64,000 nucleotides of DNA from Amphiscolops sp. MND2022 (Eukaryota), in NCBI GenBank assembly GCA_964187785.1, contig OZ076413.1, forward strand, positions 47,556,001-47,620,000, in the 5' to 3' direction. Shown in pieces: positions 26,090 through 40,264 of the stretch. The notes beneath the pieces are model-generated. The model was not told the DNA's origin. It did not search any database and was given only the letters and a program-made list of their open reading frames with translations. Position 1 is the first letter of the stretch. Every line of letters starts with the position of its first letter. The position numbers were made by a program, and so were the translations under genes.

Positions 26090-29000
26090 ATACTATCCCC
26101 TTGAGTGGGCTCAAAAATCCGTTTGGCAAGAAAGCACTGAAACTGCATGCGACGATGACTCTGATTGTACCTATCACATTAGAGCCAAAGTATATGCCAG
26201 TCCCGGCGAAACCAATTGTTGCAACATTCTGGGCTCAAAAGTTTGTCGATCGAGTTGTTCGTAAGTACAATAAAATGTCATGAACTTGAAGAAACGATGA
26301 ACCTTGGTATGAGTTAGGATACTCGTGTTCAAAGGTTATAGCAAATTATTGCGTAAAGGTTATTGCGTAATTTGAAAAAAAAGGAATTGTTACCGAAAAT
26401 TAACTCAAATCCAGAATTGAAGAAGGAAGCAATTTCAAAAAAGAGTTTGCCTCAGTACTATTGACCAGTCTTCAAATAATTCGTTCAAGTTTTGATTCAT
26501 TTTGTTAATGCCAAAAAATTCGCCGATTCTCCAAGTCGTAAATAGGAAAAAGACGTAATTGTTGACGACAAGAAGGTGAGGACTTTCTTCAAGTGCAAGT
26601 TCTTCAGTTAATAATTTTGCGAGTTGAACCCTAAAAGCATGTGGGTCATAAGTCATATTTGGTGATTTATGAAATCAGTTCATCCATACAATGACCATAC
26701 AAAAGCCGACTCCATACAAATCATAGAATTACCATAATATGGTAGACATTCTTCCATACTATCGTCCACCGACAGAAAAAAATGTTCTTTCACTGATCAA
26801 ATGTTTTCCATAAGTGGCATAATTTGAATAAATTAGTGAAACCTAGTCAATGAGTGCTAATTCTGATGAGTTCATTAGCTTTTCCTCACCAATTGTACCA
26901 CTTTCTATCAAAAACGTAAGAATATCATCACAAGCACCAATTTTTTGTATCTGATGCTAATTTATTCATGATCAATCTCGATTGAAATAAAAATCTCCGC
27001 AACAAAAATTTCGACAGGACTTCAAAGTGTCTAGTAGTTTTCGACAGTACCTGAAAAACCTAAAGGTGGACCGAACTGGCGCGCTAAAAGGGAGACCCTT
27101 TGGGATTTTCAAAACATTTTTGTAGGTTACGCTAGAAAAGTAACAACTATTATAGTTTAGTTCCCTGGGCCAAATGGCACAATTTGGCGTCTCAAACTTT
27201 TGAAGAACTTGTAGAACTATTTGGTGGTCACGAAACCAAGCCAGATTGACACTCTAAGAAGCCGTGAAAGACCAAAATACGGTTGAAGAGCATCCTTCTA
27301 AAATAGAACCCTTCCACCGTACAGGCAACCAACGAAGGGAAAATGGGCAGCTATGTTAAGGCTGTCAGTCTTTGGTCAATAGAAAATTCTCTTCAAGTTA
27401 AAACGTCACAAAAAAAGTGACGACTCTTTGGCATAATCCAGTATTACAAGAGCTGAAAAATTTGGACCTGTGGGGAAATCGAACCTTCAAACTCTTGCTT
27501 CCTAATTGGTGTCACCTGGCAGTCATCATAGAAGAATTTAAGATCCTTCTCATCTCTTGAAAAACCGCTGCTATAAAATGAGTTTTTAAACAAAAACCTT
27601 GAGTAAATAACGTGGAGTGGCAATGGAATGTTTTAAATGCTTTTTCCGAAAACGTATAAACGACGGGTTATGATTGCTTTCAAAATCTTGATTCGAAGAT
27701 AGTTGCGTTCGAAGATAGTTGCTTTCTTGTTGAGAAGAGATACATTTTTTGAAGGAACTACATATTCTTCTTTGAAATTTAAAATTTCAGTAGTGAAGAA
27801 GTTTTGGGTTGCCGTTGTGACTTTCGAGATGTGACTGGTATGTCATTGGCGGAAGTTTGCAGAAAATTTGAAACGCAGGTTACACGAATGGCTCTGGAAA
27901 CGAACTTGTCGAGGAAGAAAGTGAAACGTAAAGGACTTTGAAAGAGATTTTCTGAGTTATTATCAGATGAGTGTTTGTAACTTTACTGCGAAACTAGGAG
28001 AATGCGCGTGCTGGAAGTTTCGAAATAGAGGTTGGTGGGAATAATTTTAGCTGACTGTGTAGATGTTTAATAGACTGTGTCAATGTTTTAATTTCGGGCA
28101 AACTGTTTTTCGAATTTTGTACTTCCCATTCAGGTCATTTCCAGAAAATTGGCGACATTTTCTGGAACGCTTCCCAGATAAGTCTTTCAAGAACGTTTTT
28201 CACAAAGCTGACGCTTTTTGAGCCTTGAGCGAGACGTCAAATTTAGAGCTTTGGTGAGGCGTTTTGGAGCAATGAATAATGGCAGTGAAAGGACTTCAGT
28301 AAAAAGATAGTTGAGTGTTTGAGTTGATTTCATTTGTGAATGACAAAGTGGTAGTCGGGTCACGCGATAGTAGTTGGAGTTAGAGGTTGAGTTTTAGGAT
28401 GCCAAGGTGAGAAAGAGAGGGTCAGGTATAACAAACACGAGACACTCCTTTATTTTTTTTCTTTTTTTGTTGAATGAAAAAAAAACGAGTTTTCACATGC
28501 AAAAATGCTAGTTAAATTGTTCAAGATTTTTCACTTGTTTCACGGAAACGAAGAGTAGGTTATCAAAGTGGATTGGATTAAAATTATTGAATGGATTGTA
28601 ACGACGAGCAGTAGCCGTCGTCTATGAAAGCGGAGGAACTCATGACATGGGTATTTGCCCGAGACATGCACCCATGGTCATAAGTCGGTTTTGCCTTCTG
28701 AGGTAAAAACTTGTCCCGTCAGGAGAAGATTCCACCTGTAACGAGTACTTGCCGACCTGCTCCAGTCTGTAATTGCAACAGCAACGGGCATCTTGCTTTT
28801 GCTCTCAGGATCACCGCTAAGATAGCTCTTAAAAACCTGGGTGGTGAAGTCAACGATGAAGTTTTCATTTAGATCGCAGGAAAGGACAGTAAGAATTAGA
28901 AACTCACGAGCTAAGACAAAAAGAAAATATGGTAATTTACGGCATTATTGACTTCGCACGACGATAAGAAAGAGGATACAACCCCCGTAAGCTTACTTAA

Positions 29001-30893
29001 GCAGAAAGATTAGTAGCATCATGTTACAGATCAAAATGAATGTTGTCTCAAAAAATAGGATCTTCTATGAAAAATATAGGTCAAAATTGGATTAATTTGT
29101 TTCTCTAATCATTCAAACACTCACTCAAAAAATAATTCAATCATCCCATGTGTAAATAGGTTTTGTTCTAAAACAATGAAAAATTCTGGTGTTTTTTTAA
29201 AATCAAATTCATTCTGTCTACCTTCTTGATTTCTTGATTTGTTGTATTTCTTGGACTACTCCGACAAAATTTCAACAAAAGATTGTATAACTATTTTCTA
29301 TTTCAGCTGGCTTTCTAGTGGAACTCCCAGCGGCAGGTGATCATCTATTTCTGAAGTTTTTCCTCAAAAAAGTTTTATGAAATTTTATCTTCTGATAATT
29401 TTTTGCAGCACTTCCTACACACCAAGGTTAGTTCTTCGACAATTCGAGATTGAACATTTCCAGTTTTTCGAATGTTGCATACAATTGATTGATTATCTAC
29501 AGGACTTCCTACCAATCAACGCAAACTACTACTACCTACCGCAGGAGTGGAGGCGGGTTAGTCGTTTTTGAATATCTCCGGTAATAACGAATATTTCACA
29601 CCGGATCCATCGTCCTATTCTATCATAACTTCTTCTGATATTTCGTCTAATAAGGTCTATAATAGAGTATACCTGGTGTTTTGCAGAGTATCACGAGGAG
29701 TAGCATATCCACAAAGATCAGCGACAGAATACTCCTTAGAAAAGTTTTTCTGAACATATCCAATTATTTCAAAAGTTTGCCAAATGCCACAAAAGTGTCA
29801 AATATACATTTAGTTTTCTCTTTCCTTTTAATAGGTTTTTGGAAAGATCGAGTTTCTGGTTTTGATATCTTTAATAGTTTTGAACGTTCTGGGCCCAACT
29901 GGGCAATAGTTACTTGGTGTACCGGAAAAGCTTTCCAATGGGTTTCATGAGCTCAATTGACGCTTTTCAATTACTCGACATATTTGTACTTTTATTTTTC
30001 AACGATTTATTTTTTGACAATTTTCTACAGTACGTTTGTTGGTGGTTTGTTTTTCGAGAGTTCCTTTTCGGAATGTGCTATTTTTTCGACTAAGAAAATG
30101 TCTATCATCACTCCAAATGAACTTGCAGAAGATTTCATAGTTAGTTCACTTTCTTTCTTCACGTTCTTGCTATTCGCACGTAACTGGGTCGATCTTTTCA
30201 CGACAATCATCAGAGCTCTTCCAAATGTTCTCGTCAATTTTTTGGCCTTCTTCGGAGAAATCAAGTCAATATTCCGCAATTCTCTGTAATTATTCAAGAG
30301 TTTTCTTTACCATACAACCAGCTGGTGCCTTCAGAAGTTTGCAGAAACTAACTGGTACGAAATTGTACCATCGTCGATTTAGGGTTAAGTGTTTCAAGCA
30401 CTTGAATGGAGACTCGGTGAAATTATGAAGTCGAAGACAATATTGATTTCACTAGAGTTTTTATTTTGCAGATCGCTAGCGGGCACCATTATTGGGAGTA
30501 TCTTCGGTGGCTTATGTTGCATAGGAGTCACTGTTTCCCTACTATCATGGTGCTGTAACTTGTGCGGTAACTTGTGCTGTGGTTAGTCAAGTTCTTATGG
30601 AATACTGATTCAATCAATATTCGGAATAAGTTCACTAACTAAAAATTTGTAGCAATTAGAAAAAATTAGCAGGTTCCTTCTCTTCGAATCTTTATCCACT
30701 ATTCAATTATTCAATCAAAATCATAGAATAATCTTTTGCCACAGGCAAGAAGAAAATAGATGCTGAAAAAACGAATGAAGAGGTTACTCAAGGTCCATCT
30801 GTATCAGTGAACATCCCGGCACCCCCTTCGTACTCTTCGGCTCAGAATATGCCCAAAGGCATACAATCACCAGCTAATGGAGATCAAAAATGA
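26090..30893 (+). CDS. Host gene A (5' end not found): Cys-rich ectodomain, TM helix, Cys-rich juxtamembrane, PPSY tail (Shisa/WBP1/VOPP1-like architecture)
   Basis: Phase-compatible AG/GT exons 26090-26260, 29307-29336, 30472-30581, 30745-30893. They give YYPLEW...CDDDSDC...NCC...CRSSC-SWLSSGTPSGR-SLAGTIIGSIFGGLCCIGVTVSLLSWCCNLCGNLCC-GKKK...PAPPSY...DQK*. Confidence 0.75.
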
Positions 30894-31563
30894 AAACCTT
30901 TGAGATGACAGAAAAAGAAAAAGTATTGCTTATTAACAATTGACAAGAAAATACAGAGAACAAATATAATCATTATTATCAATTGAACGCATAACTAACC
31001 CAATGAAAATAATGCAAACATTTCAACCGCATTCGAATACAACTAATGAAGCTTCAGTTGAAGTCAATTGGTTATATCATTGATCAAGAATTCAAAAATA
31101 TTTTGCGAAAACCTTTAATTTTCATTTTAGTTGAGAGTCAAGTTTTCAGCAGCAAATTTGAGCTCCATAGATGAGGAAAGCCAGTACAGCTTAATCACTG
31201 TACCTTTTCAATATGATTCACGAACAAGATCGACAATGAACTCGCCATTCCAAAAATGACTACTCTGACTATAACTTTTTTCATTTTGCTGATTGCAGAC
31301 ACAAACCGATTGCCCATACTCTCTGAAAACGTTCATGAGTTTAATAGTCAACCTTTGAGCTTCTCGGCACTCGGAGATTTTTCCGATGTTTCTTGAAAAC
31401 AGTCACTGAGCTAATTTGAAAATATTTTTGAGCTTCAAGCTTGTTATTCATCTCATTGAACCGATAGTTGAACCTAGCTCTGAAACTTGAAGATGCAATG
31501 GAAACGTTGGACGCCAGGCTCTTTTTAAGCAGTTGTTTTAGTTTTATTTTGGAAAGAAAGCAG

Positions 31564-34500
31564 CCCGGGTTGACCCTCTGTGAATATCGTAGTTAGATCT
31601 TGGCAAGATCTTGAAACAATCGTGGCTAAAATTTTGATAATATATCACCAAGGTATTCATTTTGCTATGGTAAGATCACATCAAGAGAGCCATGTTCCCC
31701 AGAAAAATTTTATTGTAAAATCCTATTTGGCACGAAAAAATTAGAAAGGAGGTCAACAAAAATCAACATCTTTGCATATTTACATTGTTAGAAATGACAA
31801 CTTAGGTTACCAAGGTATAAGTTTTGATTAAAAAGTCATTATGCTGTTTATTTAGGGATGTACTGATTAAATTGTTCTATCAATTGCAGAACCGTTGCCA
31901 ACAACTGCATCGGAAAAGCTTCGAGCTGAATCATTACCCAGTTTGACCGTCTTACTAGCATCTTGGCTGTCTTGGTAAGATCTTACCAAATTCTTACTGC
32001 ATCTTGGCGACATGGAACCCATGGCTCGATTCTTAATAATATCTTACTAAGATGATACATTATTCCAAGATTGTATCCCGGGTTCACCCTCTTACTAGCA
32101 TCTTGGCTGTCTTGGCAAGATCTTGCCAATTTTTTACTACATCTTGGCAACCATTGATCCCATGGCAAGGTTCTTATCAAGATCTTACTAAGATAATTCA
32201 TTATTCCAAGATCGTATCTTGTCACGATGGACAAAATTTTAAGATTGTAAAAAACACTACACCATCGGTACAAGCATACGAGACTCAATCTAAAGGCACA
32301 ATTCACCCTACAACGACTATCTCTACTCGTTTTCATAATCGAAATGCTTCAACCCGCTGAAATGAATTTGCATGCAAAAATGCGTGAAAAATTACGATAA
32401 CGTATTCTGGCTTCCGAAATTCTGACGAAAATCCGAATAATTCCTCACTTGTTTAGGACTGACAAATGCGAATGTACCAAATGAACGTTCATTTCAAGGA
32501 CTTCTAAAAACTTGTAACTTATCACTCCTGTCGATTCCAAAGACGGGAGAAAAATGGTCTCAAACGTCCAAAGCCACTATCGGAAAGTTACACAGGGAAC
32601 ACTAAGAAATCCGGAAAAATTTTGGAAATTCGTACCTCCGTCTTTTTTTGAGCCTCTTTCAGCAGCCCTATTACTGCTGGATACGGCGGTCATTGCCCGT
32701 TTTGGGTAATGATGCAGCGCGACGATTTTCTGACGCCGTTGTGGCGACGGTTGTGCAATTGATAGAACAATTAAATCAGTGCATCCCTAAATAAACAGCA
32801 TAAGGACACTTCAATCAAATTTTAAACCTTGCTAACAGAAAACTTCAATATCTAACAATATAAACCTGCATTTTGTTGAGTTCCTTTCAGATTTTTTTCT
32901 GGTCAAATAGGATTTTTCAAAATAAAATATTCCTTGTTAACATGGCTCTCTTGAAACGATCTCACCATGACATCTTGCAATTCTTGGCTATAACTTGGCC
33001 AGATCTTAGCTGTGATTTTTCCAAGATCTTGGCCCGATTTTGCCAAGACCTTACTAAGATGTCCATGGAGGGTCGATCCGGTCGGGCAATGATCGCTGTT
33101 ACCAGCAGCAAAAGGGCAGCTGTAACGCTGGAAAAAACCTGGAGATATGAATTGAGTAATTTTAGAAACAAACTTTTTAGTGTTCCCTGAAAAATTTTGC
33201 GATAGTGGCTTTGTGGCTTTGACGTTTGAGACCATTTTTCTCCGTCTTTGGAATCGACAGGCGTGATAAGTTTTCAAAAGCTCTCGAAATGAGCTTTCAT
33301 TTGGTACATTCGCATTTCTCTAAACTTAAAGAGGTGAGCAGTTATTATGATTCTCGTCAGAATTTTGGAAGCCAGAATACGTTATCGTTAATTGTCACGC
33401 ATTTTTGCATGCAAATTTGTTTCAGCAGGTTGAAGCATTTTGATAAAGAAAACGTGTAGAAATAGTCGTTGTTGGGTGATAGACACTTCAGATTGAGTCT
33501 CGGCTGCTTGTACCGAAGGTATAGTGTTTTTAATAATCTTAGACAAGATACGATCTTGGAATAATGAATTATCTTAGTAGGGTCTTAACAAGAATCTTGC
33601 CATGGGATCAATGGTTGCCAAGATGTAGTAAAAATTTGGCAAGATCTGGCCAAGACAGCCAAGATGCTAGTGAGTGGGTGAACCCGCGATACGATCTTGA
33701 AATAATGAATTATCTGAGCAAGATCTTGATAAGAACCTTGCCATTGGATCACTGGTTGCCAAGATGTAGTCAAAATTTGGCAAGATCTTGCCAAGACAGC
33801 CAAGATGCTAGAAAGAGGGTGAACCCGGGATACGATCTTGGAATAATGTATTATTTTTGTCAGATCTTCATAAGAACCTCACCATGTGTTCCATGGTCGC
33901 CAAGATTTAGTAAGAATTTGGTAAGATCTTGCCACGACAGCCAAGATGGTAGTAAGAGGGTCAACCCGGGAGATTGTAACACAGTTCCAAAGTGTTCCGG
34001 AGTGAAATATCCACGCTGAAATTTTTATGATCATGTGATTACGTTTTGATTTCTGAAACTACCTAAACCATTTAACCAAATCGAAATCCTTGACAGCCTC
34101 GCACTGAATTTCGATTTTTTTTCATTATTTAAGTGTTTCTCAGCATTTGAACACATCACCCATTTTGAGATACCATTGGCTACATTATAAAATAGTTCAT
34201 ACCAATTTATTTATCGAGTAAAAATGAGTTTAGGCAGGTTGCATCTTGTGCTAATCTGCTTTTTAAACTCACGTTGTATAGCCTTGGAATGACGGTAAAT
34301 TGGATGAATCATCGAATGCACGTGAAAACCATAAAACTAAGCTGTTTACCTTGCTGCTGTCTCAAATTTTCTTTTAGTGTTCCCTGAAAAACTTTCCGAT
34401 AATGGCTTTGACGTTTGAGACCTTTTTTCCGTCTCTGGAATCGACAGGCGTGACAAGTTACAAGTTTTCTAAAGCTCTCGGAATGAGCTTTCATTTGGTA

Positions 34501-35430
34501 CATTCGCATTTCTCTAAACTTAAAGAGGTGAGCAGTTATTATGATTCTCGTCAGAATTTCGGAAGCCAGAATACGTTATCGTAATTTTTCACGCATTTTT
34601 GCATGCAAACTTGCTTTGGCAGGTTGAAGCATTTTGATAAACACCGTGTAGAAATAGTCCTTGTTGGGTGAAATGAGTCTTCATATTGAGTCTCAGCTGC
34701 TTGTACCGAATGTATATTGTTCTTATAATCTTCGAATTTTGTCCATCGTGATAAGATACGATCGTGGAAAAATGAATTATCTTAGTAAGATCTTAATAAG
34801 AATTTTGCAATGGGATCAATGGTTGCCAAGATGTAGTAAAAGCTTTGCAAGATATTGCCAAGACAGCCAAGATGCTAGTAAGAGTGTGAACCCGGGATAC
34901 GATCTTGGAATAATGTATAATCTTTGTCAGATCTTCATAAGAATCTTGCCATGGGTTCCATCGTTGCCAAGATGCTATTATGAAATTGGTAAGATCTTGC
35001 CAAGACAGCAAAGATGGTAGTAAGAGGGTCAACCCGGGAGATTGTAACACAGTTCCAAAGTGTTCCGGAGTGAAATATCCACGCTGAAATTTTTATGATC
35101 ATGTGATTACGGGGAAACGTTTTGATTTCTGAAACTACCTAAACCATTTAACCAAATCAAAATCCTTGACAGCCTCGCACTGAATTTCGATTTTTTTCAT
35201 GATTTAAGTGTTTCTCAGCATTTGAACACATCACGCATTTTGAGAAACCAATGGCTACATTATAAAATAGTTCATACCAATTTATTTAACGTTTAAAAAT
35301 GAGTTTCGGCAGGTTGCATCTTGCGCTAATCTGCCTTTAAACTCACGTTGTTTAGCCTTGGAATGACGGTAAATTGGATGAATCATCGAATGCACGTGAA
35401 AACCATAAAAATATGCTGTTTACCTTGTTT
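31564..35430. repeat. Composite MITE cluster with inverted and tandem duplications
   Basis: CCCGGGTTGACC termini and CTTGCCAAGA subrepeats. 31940-32620 is inverted relative to 33180-33970, and 31564-31910 relative to 32750-33080. 33174-34353 is directly duplicated as 34372-35427. Confidence 0.8.
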
Positions 35431-36424
35431 ACCTAGCTGCTCTCTTCGATTTTTCACGATATTCAAAAATTGAGGGAAGTGAAATATAGGTTGGCAACTT
35501 TGAATGGGAAACTCTTTGAGGTGCATTGTTCTGTTTCATCCGTTCAAACTACAACGATCAAACTTGTGTCATAAAAGGTCATCTCGAAGACGCCCATGCA
35601 TGAATCTAGCTACAATTTTAAACGCAATCTTTTGAACTGTCACTTTGTTCAGCAACGCATACGCTCATTGCCCATTCAAATCTGTGAAAATGAGATAATC
35701 AGCCACAGAGAACAAAACGCGAATGCAATTTTTGTCAATTGTTTTAAGTTGGTAACTTTTTGTTTACTGGATAACACCAGGCGGGAAAATTCGAGGGATA
35801 TATTTAACAAAAAAATTAGCTCGATTTTTTAGGCAAGGTTAATGCCTAATTAAGAGAAATCGTTCTTTGGATTTGTTAACCCATGAGTTGTTTTTGACAA
35901 CAGTCAACTGAAACTTGTGAGATTTTGATTATATTTGGTCGTATAAAGAATGACAACATAGCATGTCAGTTGAGTTATATGGCCGGAGAGGGGAGCCTTG
36001 CAGCATTGCAAAATGGTCCAATTTAATGTTTCCAATCCATTTACAAATCATTTTTTGTATTGTTTTCGAATGATGCAAGTGCCTCAACGTCGGAAAAAAG
36101 CAAAATCTGAATTTTTCCATTGTTTAATGTAAATCATTCATGCTTTACAAAAACAAAAGCGACCCAAAATGATTATTGAGGAGCACCATACTTGATACGC
36201 CTCATTAAAGATCTCTGTTCCCTTGAAAATACGATTTAGTCCTTTTGATAGATTTATCAACCTCTATTCTTCCACTCTTTTGACAAAAAGTGAGTATTCT
36301 GCTTTTCCACAACACCTTTCTATGCTTCATGGCTGTTTTAAATATTTTTGTATGTTTCAGTGAGCTTACTAACTACTGTTGTGGCCAATTGTATCCTAAA
36401 CACAATGTTCACTTATACCTTCAG

Positions 36425-39400
36425 TGACGAGGTTCCTTGCAAAGCAGACTACAGTTGTTCGCCCGAAGATTCCTCGACCTGGGGGTACCGATGTTGCGAA
36501 CGACAATGCATGTCATACTGGGATTGTCAATCGTTAGTCATTCGAGGAACACGTTTCGGAGTGTATTAAAATTGAGGTCTCAAATATTCGATGACTGAAC
36601 TAACTGATGAAAATTTCGTACATTTGTAAGTAGAATCTGACGACGGGTTAAAAGTAGATGGTAATCGCAAAACATGGTGCGTTTTTTTGTCAATTGAACT
36701 GAATTAAAGTAGAGTTTAAAAAATTCCAGGCTTCTTGCGCTACAAACAATGTTCAAAACACTCGGCTCTAAGCTTCTCTCAAGTATAATTTACAGCTTTT
36801 TGTAACAAGAAAACTAGTCCGTGGAGAGAATTTTCACTTTGAATAAAGACAGGGGATCCTCGGGATCGAAATACTCAGATTCGAGTTATGTTTAATATGA
36901 TTAATCCACTGGGACTACTAAGTTCTAAGTTGGCGATTACTACTGAGAGAATGTTCATGTTTTTAGAGATTAAAGTTACATTAGATGAAGTTATTTATTT
37001 CATGAAAAGGTCTGAAGAGTTAATTACAGTTCCATGTTTTTTACTGATTATTTTTTAAGCGTATTAGATCATCAGTGGTTGTTAAATTAATTTTCCAAAA
37101 AGTCGAGAGTTGTCGCCAAAAAGTCGAGAGATGGCCGAGAGATAGAGGTATGTGTCTTATCTTCACATCTATTACAGGTATTATCCCGATGTTTGGAGCA
37201 GCAAAGAGGTTTATAGTCAGGGTACAACATATTCATGTGATTCAGATTCTGAATGTCAAGACGCCATTGACGCGAAAATGTATTTGGATTCAAACCAAAA
37301 TAGTTGCTGTGACGGTGAATGCCAGAGTCAGAGCAATTGTGAAGCGTAAGTCGAAACATTTCATGCATTCATCCAGCTGTATAAAGTTTTACTCAGACTA
37401 CAGCCATCAGATCAATATGAATCAAGAGCAAACCCCTTCAAATTTTTCGGCTCTGTGCGACTAGTTTCGCGAAAAATGATTTTTTGACGTTTTGACTTAA
37501 AGAAAATAACTTCGATCACGAAAAGCACCCCCTTGGGTATTTCGGCACTCTTTTAATTTTGAGATTTTTAAAGAAAAACATTGAGCATATTTTAGGAACT
37601 TTAAACGGAGCCCTTGTTGAACATGCTTGAACTTTTTATATGTTCTTTAAGGTTGTCAGCAACTATTATGACAATTTTTTAGAATTTTCTTGCGTTAAAA
37701 TTTCACTGTTGTCATCAACTTTTATCAAACTACTTGAAAGAATCATCAAAGTTTTGGCGGCAGTTCCAAGCCGTGAAGTTCTTCAAGTATCATTATGCAT
37801 GTGGTCTATTTTTGAATGCAGCCGAAAAGTCAAAAATTTTGCCGCCTTTTTAATGCATATTAACTTCATTCACGATGTGAACAACAAACTAGCGTCATCT
37901 TGAGAGTCCTATTTGAGAAGTGGGGATTAAGTCAGATGAGTAGTTCAGAAAATAAAGTGTGAAGACAACGTGTTCGTGTTCGTAAAGAAGCGGAAATGTT
38001 TTCAAAATTATTTGCAGTAGTGGACAATGCAGTCCAATTCTACGAAATTTACTAAATTTTTTAGGTTTTAAAAAAAAATTACCCTGTATGCATGCCTGCA
38101 GCATGTAAAAAGCTCCAGCAAACTCCAGCATGTAAAAAAAAGTTTCATATATATTCCTTTCTTTTTTGCCAAATTTGGTCCAAAGTTGTGCATGTCACCC
38201 AAGTACCTGCCCTGTCACAACACAAATTGGTAAGAACACGCTGGCAACGGCTTAAGTTGGCGCAGTACTCAAGGCTCAAAAAAGCAAAAGGACTTCAAAG
38301 CGTGAAGTATTCTGTTCCACCGCACCAGAAAAATTCAAAGGGGTACCAAAGAAGAAGTGCCCGCTAGGCGAAATGGGAGCGCGTTTTCAGAACTTTCAGT
38401 TCCTCCTCAATAAAACTCAATTATATTCGAATATAGTTCGAATATATCGTCAGAAGTTTGAAAAAAGGGGACTTTTTTGAACCACCAGCTCCTTTTTAGT
38501 GAAACGCAATTTACTTCGGATAATGTCAAAAATTTTGATAGCGTTGAAAATTTATTCGTGGATATATTGGGAGAAAACTTAATATCAGACGACAAATGAG
38601 AATTTTGAACAGTCTCGTAGTACAGAACAAATGAACAAGAACTTTGAACAGAACAAAATGTAGAAGGGACCGTTTGGGTTTTTCTGCATCCATTTTGTTG
38701 CAAAATATCAAAAAATTGAAGGGGGACCCCTTGAAGACACTAAAAACTTTTGAGAGAAAAGTCTCACACTCCCAACAAAAAATTGTACCGTACTCCCTCC
38801 ATGTGACAGGCACCCAACGAAGGGAAAGAGGCTGCTATGTTAAGACTGCCAGTCCCGGACGCTAGGCCTTCGTATGTGCCCCTCCTTCCCCCTCGTTCAG
38901 CGATCTTGACTCTAAACACTGGATAGTAGTTCAGAATTGCGTAGTTTCATTTCATTTGCTTTCATCAGGGTACATTTTTTAACTGATCCTATGGAACAAT
39001 TTACTTCAGGTTGTCAACAGGAGCTTTTGTAGCGATTATTGTTATGTCCAGTTGCTGCTATGGGTTCTGTACTGGAATTTCACTCATGGTGTTCAAGTGT
39101 CTCCAGAAGCAAAGTAAGTAGCTACGAATGCTATTGGTAAAACTTACAAAAGGCGCAGTAGCAGTGTCAAATGTTTCCAGTATGAGTTGACAAAAACCCA
39201 GAGAACTCGTAAAAATTGAAACAAAAACTGAAAATTGTCTTCTTACCAAGTTCGAGACGGTTAAGAAATACAGCTAATCAAAACATCTATAAGCCTGAGG
39301 AAAACACTCCAACAAAGATTGATAAATTAGTGTTGCGGAGATTGACAGGTTGAAAAATGGAAAGATAATAACGCTCACAAAGACCAGAAACATAATTTTA

Positions 39401-40264
39401 GCTTTTGAAATTTAGCATAGAGAAACTCCAAAGGAAGAACAACCCTTAGCGGCACAAAAAATTGAAGGAAAAAAGTATCTTCAATGAATAGCACAGTGGC
39501 ATCTAGGTATTTCCCGTGAACCGTTATAAGAATCTTTTATAAAAGACTTTGGCGAAGAAGAGAAAGTAACAAAAAATGTTATTTTCTACAGATCTAGAAA
39601 ATTAGCTCATGCATAGCTCCTAGTTCATGCACGTATCTCATGGGCGTCACTCGGTCTTCAAAAACAAAAATACGGGGTCTGAATACGGTCGCGGGACCAT
39701 TGTCAATTGTTCATTGAATAAATAGTTTCTGGCTGAAATTGAGAGATAGAAAAGCCCCGTTGAAAAGAAAATTCATTTTCTCAAGGTCACAAAATGCGAG
39801 TGAGAGAACGAGAAAAAGGAGATGAACCATTCCGTTAAAATTTACTTAGTTTGAAAATGGTACACTCAAGTTGGCTCAAAAATTTTTGCTTGAGAATAGT
39901 TTGCTTTTTCACTAGGGGTCAAAAACAAGATTTCAGAAAAAAAGTTAAATTCTCTATATTTTTCCATTCAAAGCAGCCTTTCATCAGTTTGGATGAGAAA
40001 CTTTGTTTCAAGTTCAAAATGCACGTCAGACAAACATCTGAAAGGAAAGTAGTTTTTATTTGTCACTGAAATGTACTCCCGATGACCTGTGCTTGTTCAT
40101 TTAGCAGTTTGGTGGTTTTAGGTCGAAGATCGAAAGTCGAAGGTCAAGTGGTTTCACCACCTAAGTCTCAGGAACTGCAACCCCCTCCGGACACCCACCT
40201 CAATTTCATGTACCCTCCGGATCCACCCTCCTACGAACCACCAACAGAGGCTGACACAGAGTGA
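36425..40264 (+). CDS. Host gene B (5' end uncertain): paralog of gene A, Cys-rich type I membrane protein with PPSY motif
   Basis: Phase-compatible exons 36425-36532, 37178-37345, 39010-39113, 40122-40264. They give DEVPCKADYSC...RCCERQCMSYWDCQ-SYYPDVW...CDSDSEC...SCCDGEC...C-ALSTGAFVAIIVMSSCCYGFCTGISLMVFKC-...DPPSYEPPTEADTE*. Confidence 0.75.

Noticed and set aside
26400..30400. Minus-strand retroelement-like debris in introns of gene A
   Set aside because: Too decayed to assign boundaries or domains by eye.
31983..35050. ORFs such as 33564-34019 and 34661-35020
   Set aside because: Translations of MITE subterminal repeats with no domain signal.
37148..37177. Apparent 30-nt micro-intron before exon 37178
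   Set aside because: The upstream segment has an in-frame TAG in the required phase.
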